Positions 52,376 to 64,000 of a stretch of DNA of 64,000 bases are shown here, piece after piece. The notes beneath the pieces are model-generated. The model saw only the letters and a list, made by a program, of their open reading frames with translations. It was not told the DNA's origin and ran no database searches. The stretch is taken from assembly GCA_050084515.1 (NCBI GenBank), contig CM114271.1:44454001-44518000 (forward strand). The letters are read 5' to 3'. Each line of letters begins with the position of its first letter. The first letter of the stretch is position 1. Made by a program: the position numbers and the translations under genes. The DNA comes from Blasia pusilla. Taxonomy: Eukaryota.

Positions 52376-55300
52376 GAGGTTTTTGTTAGTTACCAATGGG
52401 GAAGACCAAGATGAAATATGTTTGCAACATTTATGCATAAATATAAAATGAAGCACATTTTTGGCTTATGTGTGTTGGTGTATATTTGTATAATCTTTCT
52501 CTTGGGGTTTAGAATGGCTCGTTATGCATTTTGTTTCCCAAATGAAACTACCTCTCCACATAGGCTTCCCTAACTTGGAGACATGGCAACTTGGAGCCCT
52601 TATTCATGATGGAGGATGTCGATTCATCCTTGTTAAAGTTGAGCAGACACTTTATAGAATTTTCTTAGACCCAGCCACTATGAAGATTAGGGAGGAGATT
52701 ATCCTGGATCTTAGTGGCAGAAATGAGTATGATAGTTAGACCATGAATGTTAGAAGAGATGTACCTCACGAGCAGGATAGGATGAAAGCAAAGTGGTGGA
52801 CATAAGTTCCAGATGATGAGTATAATATAGTGTATGGGGTAAATAATTTGAATTTTTTTTTCCTCAGTGGCAAATATAAAACGGACAAACTCTGTCGAGA
52901 CTGGGCTTAACAATGTGCAACCTTACACCATGATTTATTCTCTTGCTATGATGTCATGGTTCAAAAAGTGCTTGGAGTAGAAAACTAGAGAAGGAAACTA
53001 ACGAGAAGAAGACTCATAGTGTAACAAAGAGATGGATTTAGGTTATATAAAATGAGTTTACAAAAATAGCCTTGGGCATGAGAAGAAAGATCAAATGGCT
53101 ACAGGGATTGAGCCTATTGCATTAGAATCGCATTTCCCATGCGATGTCTTGCAATTGAATGCTAAAAGCAAGAGTGAATACGAAAGTATAAACAATTGGA
53201 AGAGAACAACAAGACATTGGGTGTAATTAAGGATGGCAATATAAGATTGAACAGAAAGTAAAATAAGGTACTTTTTCAAAGGTAGAATGATATACAACAA
53301 TCCTATATTGGACTTCTAGTGTATGGAGTCTTATACATAACAAAAAAAATGATTAATGAGATGGAGAGTAACTATATGAAAGTGTAGAAGGCATCATGTA
53401 GGAGCAGAAAAGAAAATTGTTGGAATGGTGCACATTATGGAAGTGATGCACATGGTGGCAAAGGATAGAGAATACGATGCAAAAATTCCAAACAAAAGCT
53501 ACTTAGAAAAAGTAGAAGATTGGAGCGTCCAAGGAGTGAGAACACTGGGTCACCATGAAACATTTGAATCTTCCACAAGAGCCTGTAAAGAAAAAAGCCT
53601 GGCATAAGAAAAAAGTCCACGAAGCCTGGCATAAGAAAAAAGTCTCCACAGTACTGAACAGAAAAAATCATCTTTGGCCTGATGTAAAGTTTGGAAGTAG
53701 AGAAGTGAAGATTAACATCTTCCTCTATATTCCCTCAACATGGATTGGATGATGTTGAGTTGAAGAGCAAGCCCTGGGCTATATTGTATGATAGGACTAA
53801 CATTCTTTGCAAAATCAGTTACTTGATGCTTAGCTTCTTGTAATTTTTTCTTTAAAGCATCAACCTCAATAATGAGGTGTTGGTTGATAATGTCTTCAAG
53901 GGAAAAATCGAGAAGATCGTTAAGATCAGAAATCTCTGTATTGCAAGGAGTTCATCTTCAACGGCTTGATATCAACCCGCATTCATCTTAAGCGGCTTGA
54001 TATGAACCTACATCTTGGTCTTTCGGAGATGGCAACTACTTGTGATCACTATTGTTGCCTTGGTTATAATTGATATCAATATCAACATAGTGCAACTTCC
54101 TATTTGCGTGGAGATGAAGAGTGTGCATGGTTGCACAAAAATGGACAAGTATGTCCTTAGGACGGACATGGACGGACAAGTCTGGACATGTCCACAAACA
54201 TGGGTTCCAAGGGGTGGGACCCACATTTTTAGTCCATGATGGAAGGCAAGGCAAGGATGAGAGGAGCCATGAAGGAAGAGGGAGTGGAGGTGGAGGGAGG
54301 TAGAAATGGGGGAGTATGGAACAAGAAGGCAAGTAAGGGGAATGAGAAAGAAGGGAAAGATGGGGCCCATACGGACAAGTCCTTCCATAGGATGGACATA
54401 AGTCCACGGACACGGACTTTGTCCACATGTAACCTTGAGAGTGTGTGATGAAGCATTTTCTTGATGGAATGGACCTCGACATATTGGACGATATGTGCCC
54501 ACTTTTGTTCGTGGCAAGGGAAACATAGAGAGTATGAATTAAGAATAGATTGTGGTATAGAAGAAAATTTACAAAAGCAAGAATGCATTACATAGGGTAT
54601 AGACTCAAAAGCAAAAACTTGGCTTAGATGAGAGCAAATACTTGCAAAGCATAACAATGCAAGACATAAGAAGAACGGTCGACTATGATTATAGAAATGA
54701 GGGTCTTAAGGAAACATATGTAGTAAAGAGGAAAAATATGGAAGTAAAATACAAAGAGAAAAACACAAGACCAATGAGAACGAGAAACAAAAAATGCAGT
54801 CCTAGAATAGAGCATTAAAATGCAAAGAGAGGTTCCATATTTTGGTTTTAATATTTTTGTAGATTCCACAACAATTGTGCCACTTTACATGATGTTTTCA
54901 TTGAACATATGCTTTTGCATAAATTTTATATTTTGGACAGAGTTTTCCCTATGGAAAATTTTTCACACAAGCTCTCTTTGCATTGGAACACAACATTTAT
55001 CCTAAGAAGCTCACTATTGTTGGCATCTGAGTTTCATTGTGGGCCTACAATAAGAGAGTGAAGAGAAAGTTAAAAAATATGTTTTGCTACATTTAAGTAT
55101 GTGTTGGAGCAAGGAGGAACACATGGAATGGATAAAGCATGCTCACCTAGTGGGTTGTGGAGAATGCTTATACACACATGCGCTTATTTGGTGAAGTCAC
55201 AAGCAGGTCTGCTTCCTAAGAGTAATTTATTAGTGTTGGGAAGAGTGGACTGTGTGCTTGAGTTGGAGTGTCTTGAGGTAAGGTAGAGGTACTAGACTGC

Positions 55301-56138
55301 TAAGTGGCAGGAGCAAGATTAGATGAAATGAGTATTCAATCATCAAAGTCTGGAAGTAATTGGAGCTATTGAGGGTAATCAAGGTGAATAGGAAAAGAAA
55401 AAAACTCTAGTAACTTCCCGTCTGCAAGGGATATTTTCCTTCAGTCAATTAAGTGAGTAGCCTTGACAGACGGGAGGACTAGCAACATGTCAAATGGTAA
55501 GTGCATGTCATGTCTAAAGCTGAGCTAATCCAGAGGCATTCCATTGTCGATGAGGTTGCACACTAGAAGGAATATGGTGCTTTTAGCACTAAGGCACTTA
55601 CAACTAGAATCCAGTAAGACTGACATACAACAAATTATAACTAAAGAGACTTATCTGGCATAATATAGTATCACTTAGCTACTAAGAATGACTAAAGAAT
55701 ATGACTTGGTTTTATTTTAATATAATTGGTAAATTTTACTTCTTATCAATTAATTAATGACATATCATGCAGAATGACTAGATTGGTACAAAATAACTAA
55801 GACGTGGCACTTATGGTAAATGAATTTAAATTAAAAATTAATCCATAATATGAGGTGTAAAAATAAGACTAGATTATACTAGTCATAATCAAACAATTGC
55901 ATGTACTTAGAACTATAATTGCTAAACTACAACTATTGCCAAGTTGGAAAATTAAGAACCTAATTAATTAGTACACATCATTATGATTAGACCCTTCTTA
56001 CCTAATTACGATATTCTTTTTTTCCGGCATTCTCTGAAGGCATTTCCTGCGACCACGCATAAGCTCTAGGTTGAATCTAGGTTTCCTTAGGAATCGCAAG
56101 GAAAAGCTCGAAGAGTGAGTTGAATATTTTGTAAATTC

Positions 56139-56349
<211 letters not shown>

Positions 56350-56814
56350 TAATAACTTGTGTTACATCTACTGATGAACTGGAGTAATTGTGTTGTTTCA
56401 AGAGGATGATGGGTGTATATGGCCTCTAGTGAATCAACCTACACAAAACAGTTAAAGAAGGATTTAAAACCTACGATTCGAAGAGCCACTTGAGAGGAGG
56501 AGAAAGGGTTAGACAAGATTGATCAAATATAAACAAGATTAAAGTCAATTAAAGAGGAAACCGCCCAATACTACATCAATTGTGCAATTGAAGTTGATCA
56601 GGAGTATAATACATGCCGTGATCTTTATGAAGCTTTACCCCCTTGGTGGAACCGTGGAGGGGAAGAGAGAAAAGCAACATACGATAAGGCTAGAAAGGAG
56701 GAAGAGTGGTACATGTGGAGGAAGAACATCAAGGAGTGGTCACCAGATTGGTCAGGTAATATATAGTACGAAATACGTAATAATGCAGCAAAAAAATGCA
56801 AGGAGTGATAGAGC

Positions 56815-57226
56815 TTTTCTTTTGAATTTTTTAAAACTCTTTTGTTCTTCTTTTGTGAATGAAGCTTGTTTGATGGTGTTCCAAATTTGACTTGCTATCT
56901 ATTTTTTTGATCCATGATCAAGGTTTCACGAAAACGGACAAGTCTAGACATGGTCGGCCCGCACCTGAGCCCGCCTGAAGTCCACTGCGTAGGCTTGGGC
57001 TGATGGAGCCTGCACCTATTGCGTAGCCCACCCAAGACCCGCTCGCAGTCCACAGAGGGCCTCCATGGCGGGCTTAGAGCTCGCCCCCAAGGAGTGAGAG
57101 AGTCTTTCCTTTTAAAATTTTAAAAACTCTTCTATTATTCTTTTGTGAATGAAGCTTGTTTGATGGAGTTCCACATTTGACTTGCTATGTATTTTTTTTG
57201 ATCCATGATCAAGGTTGCATGGAAAC
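56815..57226 (+). repeat. ~115-bp direct duplication flanked by GC-rich blocks
   Basis: tttttaaaactct...gtgaatgaagcttgtttgatgg...gatccatgatcaaggtt at ~56827-56926 and ~57117-57216. Confidence 0.8.
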
Positions 57227-58809
57227 GGGTCCATCCATAGGATGGACATGTTCGACCCATCCTAGAGCCCTCCGCGTAGGCTCAGATTGACAGAGCCCGC
57301 ACTCGTTGTGGGGCCCTTGGCAAGCCCGCGTAGGGCTTGCATGGCAGGCTCAAGGCCTTGGACGGGCCTAAGCCCGCCCAGTGGGGTCCAAGCCCACCCT
57401 ACGGGTCTGGTTGTGGTTTGCCATAGGCCCCGCAATGGGTGCAGACTCAATCAGCCCGGGCCTACGCGACGGGCTCTAGGCGGGTTTGGGTGAAGGTGAT
57501 GCGTACCGGCCTACCCTGGCCTACATGGATATGTCCCTCCATACAAAGACTTTGTCAGTGTGCAACCTTGTTGATGATGCAAAAGGTAGCAGAAATGTTT
57601 GAATGGCGGAGATAGGGAGATTCACGACTTTGTGTAATTTGTGATTTGACCAATAATTAACTATAGAGAAAAACCGATGTTTGAAAGAGTTATTTTGGTT
57701 GATATCTTCTATTGATAGAACATGAGTCTGACGTAAAATTGTATCATCATGAGAACACATAAAAAATAGATGTGAGTGAAGGAGAGTTGTATATTATATA
57801 GCGTTTTTTCACACATATTGTTTGGTCTATTATAATGGAGACAATGAGGAAATTTGAAAGAGCTAGGCCAAATTTAAATGATGTTGGGAGGATTGTTGCC
57901 CATGACAAAAAGATCTCGCATAGAGAGAAGGAAGCAGATGGAGTTCTTGGGTTGAAAAAACTAAGGTGTTTGTGTAATGAATGCAAAGGGATAAAATTAA
58001 GATTACTACACATTGTAGAAAAGCACCTCCCAAACAAATATGGGTAAATCCTGATGATTATGATTCATTAGATGAGGAGTGGAAATCAAATGAAAGCCAC
58101 CGTGGTGACAATCCCGGTATTTTGAATGATGCGGTGATATTATGACTGATTTAAATTATAGGTGTAGTGATACAACTTTGGAAATAGACTAAACATTGGA
58201 CATCCATCAGATGATCAACGAGGTCTTCCATACCTTTTGATATGGGACAAGTCCAAGATTTTCTAACAGAGATACAACCAAATTCTAAAAATTAAGATGA
58301 GGATCAAGTGCCATTTGAGATGGCGGTAGATAACTCTAAAATGGGAGGTGGTGAGGAGGAATGGGTTTCATAGTATAATGCATTAAGGAATGCTTGTCAA
58401 CCCTTATTTACGGGTTCTAAAACTAGCAAACTTGCATTCACCATGTTGTTCTTAAATATATATGGTAATCACAATGTCTCAAATATCGCTGTGGATGAGA
58501 TCCTAAATTTTTTGGTCGTGCAACTCCTGCCCGATGAGAATGTGGCTCCAAGAAACCAATATATTGCAAAACCGTTCATCACTAAGTTGGGTTTGAATTG
58601 GAAAATTCCCATGTCAGAGTCATTGTAGGAGAAGTGGTCATAGAGGAAGTTCTCCATGTTGTCATCAAGGAAGTCATTTGGGACATCGTGTGGGCACTTC
58701 TGGTCATCGGGTTGATCATTCTATGATTCAACATCATCATCTACGTACACTCCTTCATCCATATGGCGTCCCATGTGGCCATTCCCCCCTGACACACATC
58801 GGTCATAGG

Positions 58810-61800
58810 TGTCGTGCGCATACACATCGCTACACAACATACATCGCTATCACCGAACACACACACAAACACACACGATCCCATGCTAACTCATGGCATC
58901 CAAACAACGAGACAAGAAGTACTAAAATATCTCCAATAAAGTAATATCCAATCTCTCTCTACACCATCTCACACCATAGCTCTCAAAGGTGTGCACTCTC
59001 TCTCATGTCAAACCAAACCCACTCTCCTAATGAGAGGCTTGGGTTACACTCACAAGGCAAGGAACCATAGCTCCGCCGCCTTATGCCAAGAGGTTCAACA
59101 AAGAGAGAATGAGCTCTCAAGCTCTCTCTCTTTGAGGTATACCCCTCCCCTCTCCCAAGCTCTCTCCATGGTAACCTATTCTCCCAAGTCACCTCCTTGG
59201 CTCTTGACCTGATGTAGGAGGTCAAGGGCTAATTATCAAAAATAGAAAGTTGATCATATACTCAAAAAGATACTTACCTAAATAGTAAGTTCCTCAATAT
59301 GGCCCCAAATGAGCCGAAACGAAGGGGAAACCTGCTCTCTCAAGTTTCTCGAGGCCTCAGCAGGTCATCCTTGACCTACTGAGCGTATCCTCCACTATTG
59401 ACGAAGGCGTTCTATTACATCTCACCGATCTATCCTAAAAGACGTGACAGTTGTCGTGCGCATACACATCGCTACACAACATACATCGTTGTCACCGAAC
59501 ACGCACACAAACATGCACGATCCCATGCTAACTCATGGGATCCAAACTACGAGACAAGAAGTACTAAAATATCTCCAATCGCCCCCCTAGCTGGTGGTTA
59601 GGTCCCTCTAACTCCAGATAGCCATCTATCCCTACCTACCATGACATACATCTCTCCAACACTAAGAGCAAGAAAGGTCGGGTGCTCATGTGGCCCCAAT
59701 CGTTTGTCACCTTCCTGTCATTCATATAACCTAAAAAGTCAGAATCGAAACCTACCTAGTATCTCGTCTATGTACATCTAGGACACATCCATCGTCCCCA
59801 AGGAACCCTAGTGAGAGGTGGCGTCAGACATGCCATATGCCAACCTCTCGAACATCCATCACATACTAGCATCGTGGCCGCACCACAGACAAAACCACAC
59901 AACATACAATGCAAGCCTACAGGAACTACTGCTAAGCTCGGATCTACTATACCATCAATGTTAGGAAGGTGACATGGCGCACAATTACGCACATGGTCCT
60001 TCCATACCACACCATCGCGTCCCTCTTGCAAGAGAACACCGGATGGCAGAACTTCACACACTCTCAAGATAGTGCGCCCTGCAGTCACATTCAACGTCGT
60101 CGCTGTCGTCCGCTGCAAGTAGACATAATCTCCCTGATGAAACCTCTGGATAGTTGGTTGATAACCATCACCCTGAATAGTCGCATACCTCAACGTATCA
60201 AGATGCTGCGCAATCGCCAAGTTCTCGAACGTCATGGGCATCACTCTCCGAAATAACTCAGCCCTCTGAGAACATGCTCGCATCCATACATATAGGTCAT
60301 CAAGATCCAGCACCTCACTAGCATCTTGACCAATGGCCGCAGGTAATCAGGCTCTCAGCCATAAAGTAGCAAGTACGGTGAAAAAGACGCTAAGGATTCC
60401 TGCCTGCTAAATCTGTATCCCATCGCCACCAGGGAGAAAGGAGGTCCCAATCTCCTAGGTGACCTCTTTGCAAGCCATACTTGCGTGAACCCCTTTTTAA
60501 CCTCTCTACAACTCTCTCCGCTTATCCATCCGCCTCAAGATAATCTCGCAAATTCGTGCGATGGTCAATCAACGCTTGATCACACAAGGCTTGGAACTCA
60601 CCGCAAAACTCGATACCCTAGTCTGTCAACACCTCAGCTGGTGCGCCATAATGACTCAGCATTCTGTCAAGGAAAGCATAAGCTACTCCCTCACTCGCTT
60701 TGTCAGGCAATGCAACCAACTCGATCCACTTCGAGAAGTGCTCGACCATCACCAACACATAACGACTGTGACGCTCCGTCAAAGGCAAAGGTCTTGCAAA
60801 ATCCAAACTCCATCTATACCCTAAGCCCATGATCCGTAATGGATGCAACTTTGGAGTTGGAGCATTGAACGATGCTCGGACCCGATCGCACACCATGCAC
60901 CTGGCAACAAACTACTCAACGTCAGTCTGCATGCCTCGCCACCAATACTGAATGTGGAGCAAGTTGTACGTCCGCTTCACCCCAAAGTGACCCAACTCCT
61001 CGTGGGCATGCTGCACTCGTCGTGTTGTCTACGAAGGATGCGGCACTACGCGTACTCCGCCATCCTCCCAAACCCTCAAAACATGTATCCTCTCCCAACG
61101 GAACCGTCTGGCCCGCTGTAGGATCGGATCTTGCTCTTTAGCATCCACGGTGCTCGCAATGCTGCCACTACGATACTCCAAGACTACTCCATCATTATGA
61201 ATATCTCGGCCATCTGTCATCTCCTCACTTGCGTAGGGATCCAACGACTCTCCACAAGACCTCACCATCAAAGTCTCCACACTCTGGCTCTCCATAGCCA
61301 ACATGCCTAAATAGGCTGACGCGTGCCATCCTGGCACTGACTCCTCATCACTCTTTCCATGCCATCGGGCTCCAGTCGCATCTCGATGACTCGGGCATGG
61401 GTTACGACTCAACCCATCTGCATTCTGGTTGAGCGTCCTAGGTCTATGTACCACATGAAAATCATACTCCTTCAACAACAAAGCCCATCTCGCAAGCTTC
61501 CCTGTAAGCTTGTCGGACTCCATAAACCACTTCAATAGTTGATGATTAGTGATGATGGTAAAGGGATTGTCGAATAAGTAGCACCTAAAATGTGTGACAG
61601 CACACACCGTAGCCAAGCACTCACCCTCATACCCTCATCATCATGTTGGGTGAGCACCGCTCCAAGCCCCCAACATGCTCCAATCTGTGTGCAACTGGAA
61701 AGGACGCCCCCTGATCAGTCTCCTCAAGATGGGTGCGGACATCAAGCTGTCCTTGAGCAATTGAAATGCTCGCTCCTACTCATCCCCCCCAGTGCCACTG

Positions 61801-62810
61801 GTGTTCCACCTTGGTCAGCAAGATGAGCGTCTTCGCAATCAAACTAAATCCCTTGACGTACCGCCGATAGAAGTTTTTTAATCCCATGAATGTGCGAACA
61901 CGGCTCACATCTGTAGGGCGTGGAATGCGTAAGATAGCCTCTACCTTCATCTGTTGAACACCAAGGCCCCTGGGTATATCGTATGACCCAAGTTTTCAAT
62001 CTGGTCGTAGAAGAACTTGCACTTGCCTAGATGTAGCTTCAACCCATGAAATTGCAATCGTCGAAACACCTCCTCTAGATGTCGCTCATGCTCCTCAACC
62101 GTGGCGCTAAAGACTACGATGTCATCAATATAACACCTAGAAAAATCCAGACCAGCCAAGATCCTATCCATGACCCTCTGAAACTCACCCGGGGCATTCT
62201 TTAACCCAAATGGTAAGAACCACCACTGATACAAACAATCCTTCTCGTAAGGATCGATGCCCCAAAATGTCGTCTTCTGCCTGTCCTCCAATCTGATAGG
62301 CAACTGATAGTATCCGGCTCACAAATCCAATGAACTGAAAACCTTTGCATGACCAATGGCATCGAAGATCTCCTCAGGGGTGGGCATGGCATACCTATCA
62401 GACTTTGTCTGCCGATTGATAGGTCGGTAATCCCCACACATCCGCCTATCTGTCCAGTTGCCATGCACATCCTTCTTGGACATACTCCCCATGCGACATC
62501 TCCAGTAGTCCTGCTCCAACCAAGTCCTGGCTCCTACTCTGAATCAGAGCCCTCTCCATATCACTGTACCTATAGGGTCGTCGGAAGATCGGCGTATCAC
62601 TCGACAACTCAATGCGGATCCCCAGTCCCTTCAGCATACCCAAATCCTCCATGCTAAACGCAAAGCAGCTCCTATAACTCTTGAGGAACTGATGTATTCG
62701 GCGCCGCTCTCCTCCTGTCAACTTAGGGCCCATATGTGGCTCCAAAGTCTCTATCGTGACTACGGTAGGACTCTCCTATGCGGGTATCGGTGGTTGCTAT
62801 GGTGCAACCC
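58810..62810 (-). mobile_element. Second, 5'-truncated copy of the DNMT/PHD Gypsy family (RT-RH-INT-PHD-PPT-B1-A2-B2)
   Basis: CYIDDIVVFS, RWSLDF, intact PHD (59768-60313); B1 59452-59580, A2 58937-59449, B2 58810-58937. The DNMT region itself is absent from this copy. Confidence 0.93.
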
Positions 62811-64000
62811 TAACCCTACCACACACAGAGAACGAAATTTGCAATGAGAGAATGAGTGGAGGCTGGTCCTCTTCTCAATTATATAGGGTATGTACAAGCA
62901 ACCCTAACCCTACCCTTAACCATAGTCTCGAGTTAGACTAACTGTGATGAACTAACCTTAGTTAAGATAACCATGCTTAACTGACTAACCAAGATTAAGC
63001 TTCCCTACTTCGTACCAAATGTAGTAGTTCACGTGTCTCATGAGCTTGATTGTAACTCAATCTTCAATACTCCCCCTCAAGCTCATATCGATATCTCTAA
63101 CGCCTATATCCTTTCTAAACATCTCAAACTTATCTCTAGACAATGCCTTTGTAAAGATGTCAGCAATTTGTTGATCTGTACCTATATACACAAGATCAAT
63201 TTCTCCTACAAGCACTTTCTCTCTGATAAAATGATAGTGTGCCTCAACATGCTTTGTACGAGCATGAAACACAGAGTTATTAGCAAGCTTGATGCTACTA
63301 ATATTGTCTACATATATTACACTAAGTCCTAAGTTACTAACACCAATCTCAACAAGTAATCGATGAAGCCACACCGCCTCACATGCTGCATTGGTTGCTC
63401 CTCTGTACTCAGCCTCTATTGAAGATAAAAAAATTGTAGGTTGCTTCTTTGAAGCCCAACTTATAGCTACGCTTCCCAAAGTAAATGAATAACCAGATGT
63501 GGAGTATCGATCAGACACGCTTCTTGCCCAATCAGCATCTATGAATCCCTGTAATTGAAAACTTGGAGAAGGTTCAAATTAAATCCCGAATTGAATAGAG
63601 AATTTCATATACCGCATAATCCTCCTCACAGCATCAAGGTGAGGTTTTCGAGGTGCTTGCATAAATTGGCTCACTAGGCCAACAACATAGCTCAAATCTG
63701 ATATGGTTATAGCTAGATAGATCAAACTTCCAACCATGGGCCTGTATATATTAGAATCTGTAAGCAACTCTTCTTCATCGACTCTTAGATTCACGCTCTG
63801 GTCCAACGGTGTAGAGATTGGCTTACAAGCCGTCATACCATATTTTGAAAGCATATGAAGAGCATATTGTCGTTATAGTAACCACATGCTCTCTCCAATC
63901 TTGATAAACTCAATACCAAGGAAGTACTTGAGTTCTCCCAAGTCCTTCATATCAAATTTTGCTTGTAACTTAAGCTTGACTTGTTGTACCATTTCTTCAG
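62811..64000 (-). mobile_element. Ty1/Copia retrotransposon 3' part (RT, RNase H, PPT, partial LTR)
   Basis: MKDLGELKYFLGIE, YRPMVGSLIYL, ISWASKKQ..LSS.EAEY, FHARTKHVEAHYHFIRE, QIADIFTKAL; PPT ttgaggggga near 63071-63080; LTR-like sequence 62811-~63069. Confidence 0.95.

Noticed and set aside
53310-53322. ttctagtg as the 3' TIR of the CACTA at 41029
   Set aside because: Only ~9 bp match, no subterminal repeats and no matching 3-bp TSD.
54100-54520. MITE-like segment with ggacatgtcc/ggacaagtcc motifs
   Set aside because: Motifs recur, but no TIR pair or TSD could be defined.

Overview
Eukaryotic, repeat-dominated DNA, most likely from a non-seed land plant (inferred from TTTAGGG repeats, a spliced plant-type TCF25 gene and the TE families). 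It holds one host gene (TCF25-like, 34504-37889) among nested transposons. 1-14.6 kb: large inverted duplication of a putative Mutator-like element. It has a decayed GCM-type transposase and a spliced cargo gene combining a ParB/Srx-like DGNHR domain with a beta-class N4C/N6A DNA methyltransferase; the promoter and introns of this gene are filled with a 27-bp palindrome (GCAACCCGTCGGA-N-TCCGACGGGTTGC). 17-33 kb: decayed Helitron interrupted by a 9.5-kb Gypsy-type element carrying a DNMT3-like C5 methyltransferase and a PHD finger. This element has split terminal repeats (A...PPT-B-A-B) rather than two LTRs; the B-A-B end recurs in a second copy at 58.8-62.8 kb, and a permuted fragment lies at 50.2-52.2 kb. 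The rest is two CACTA remnants, a Gypsy 3' end with LTR, a Copia 3' end and microsatellites. All calls are by eye from motifs; no searches were run and boundaries are approximate unless stated.
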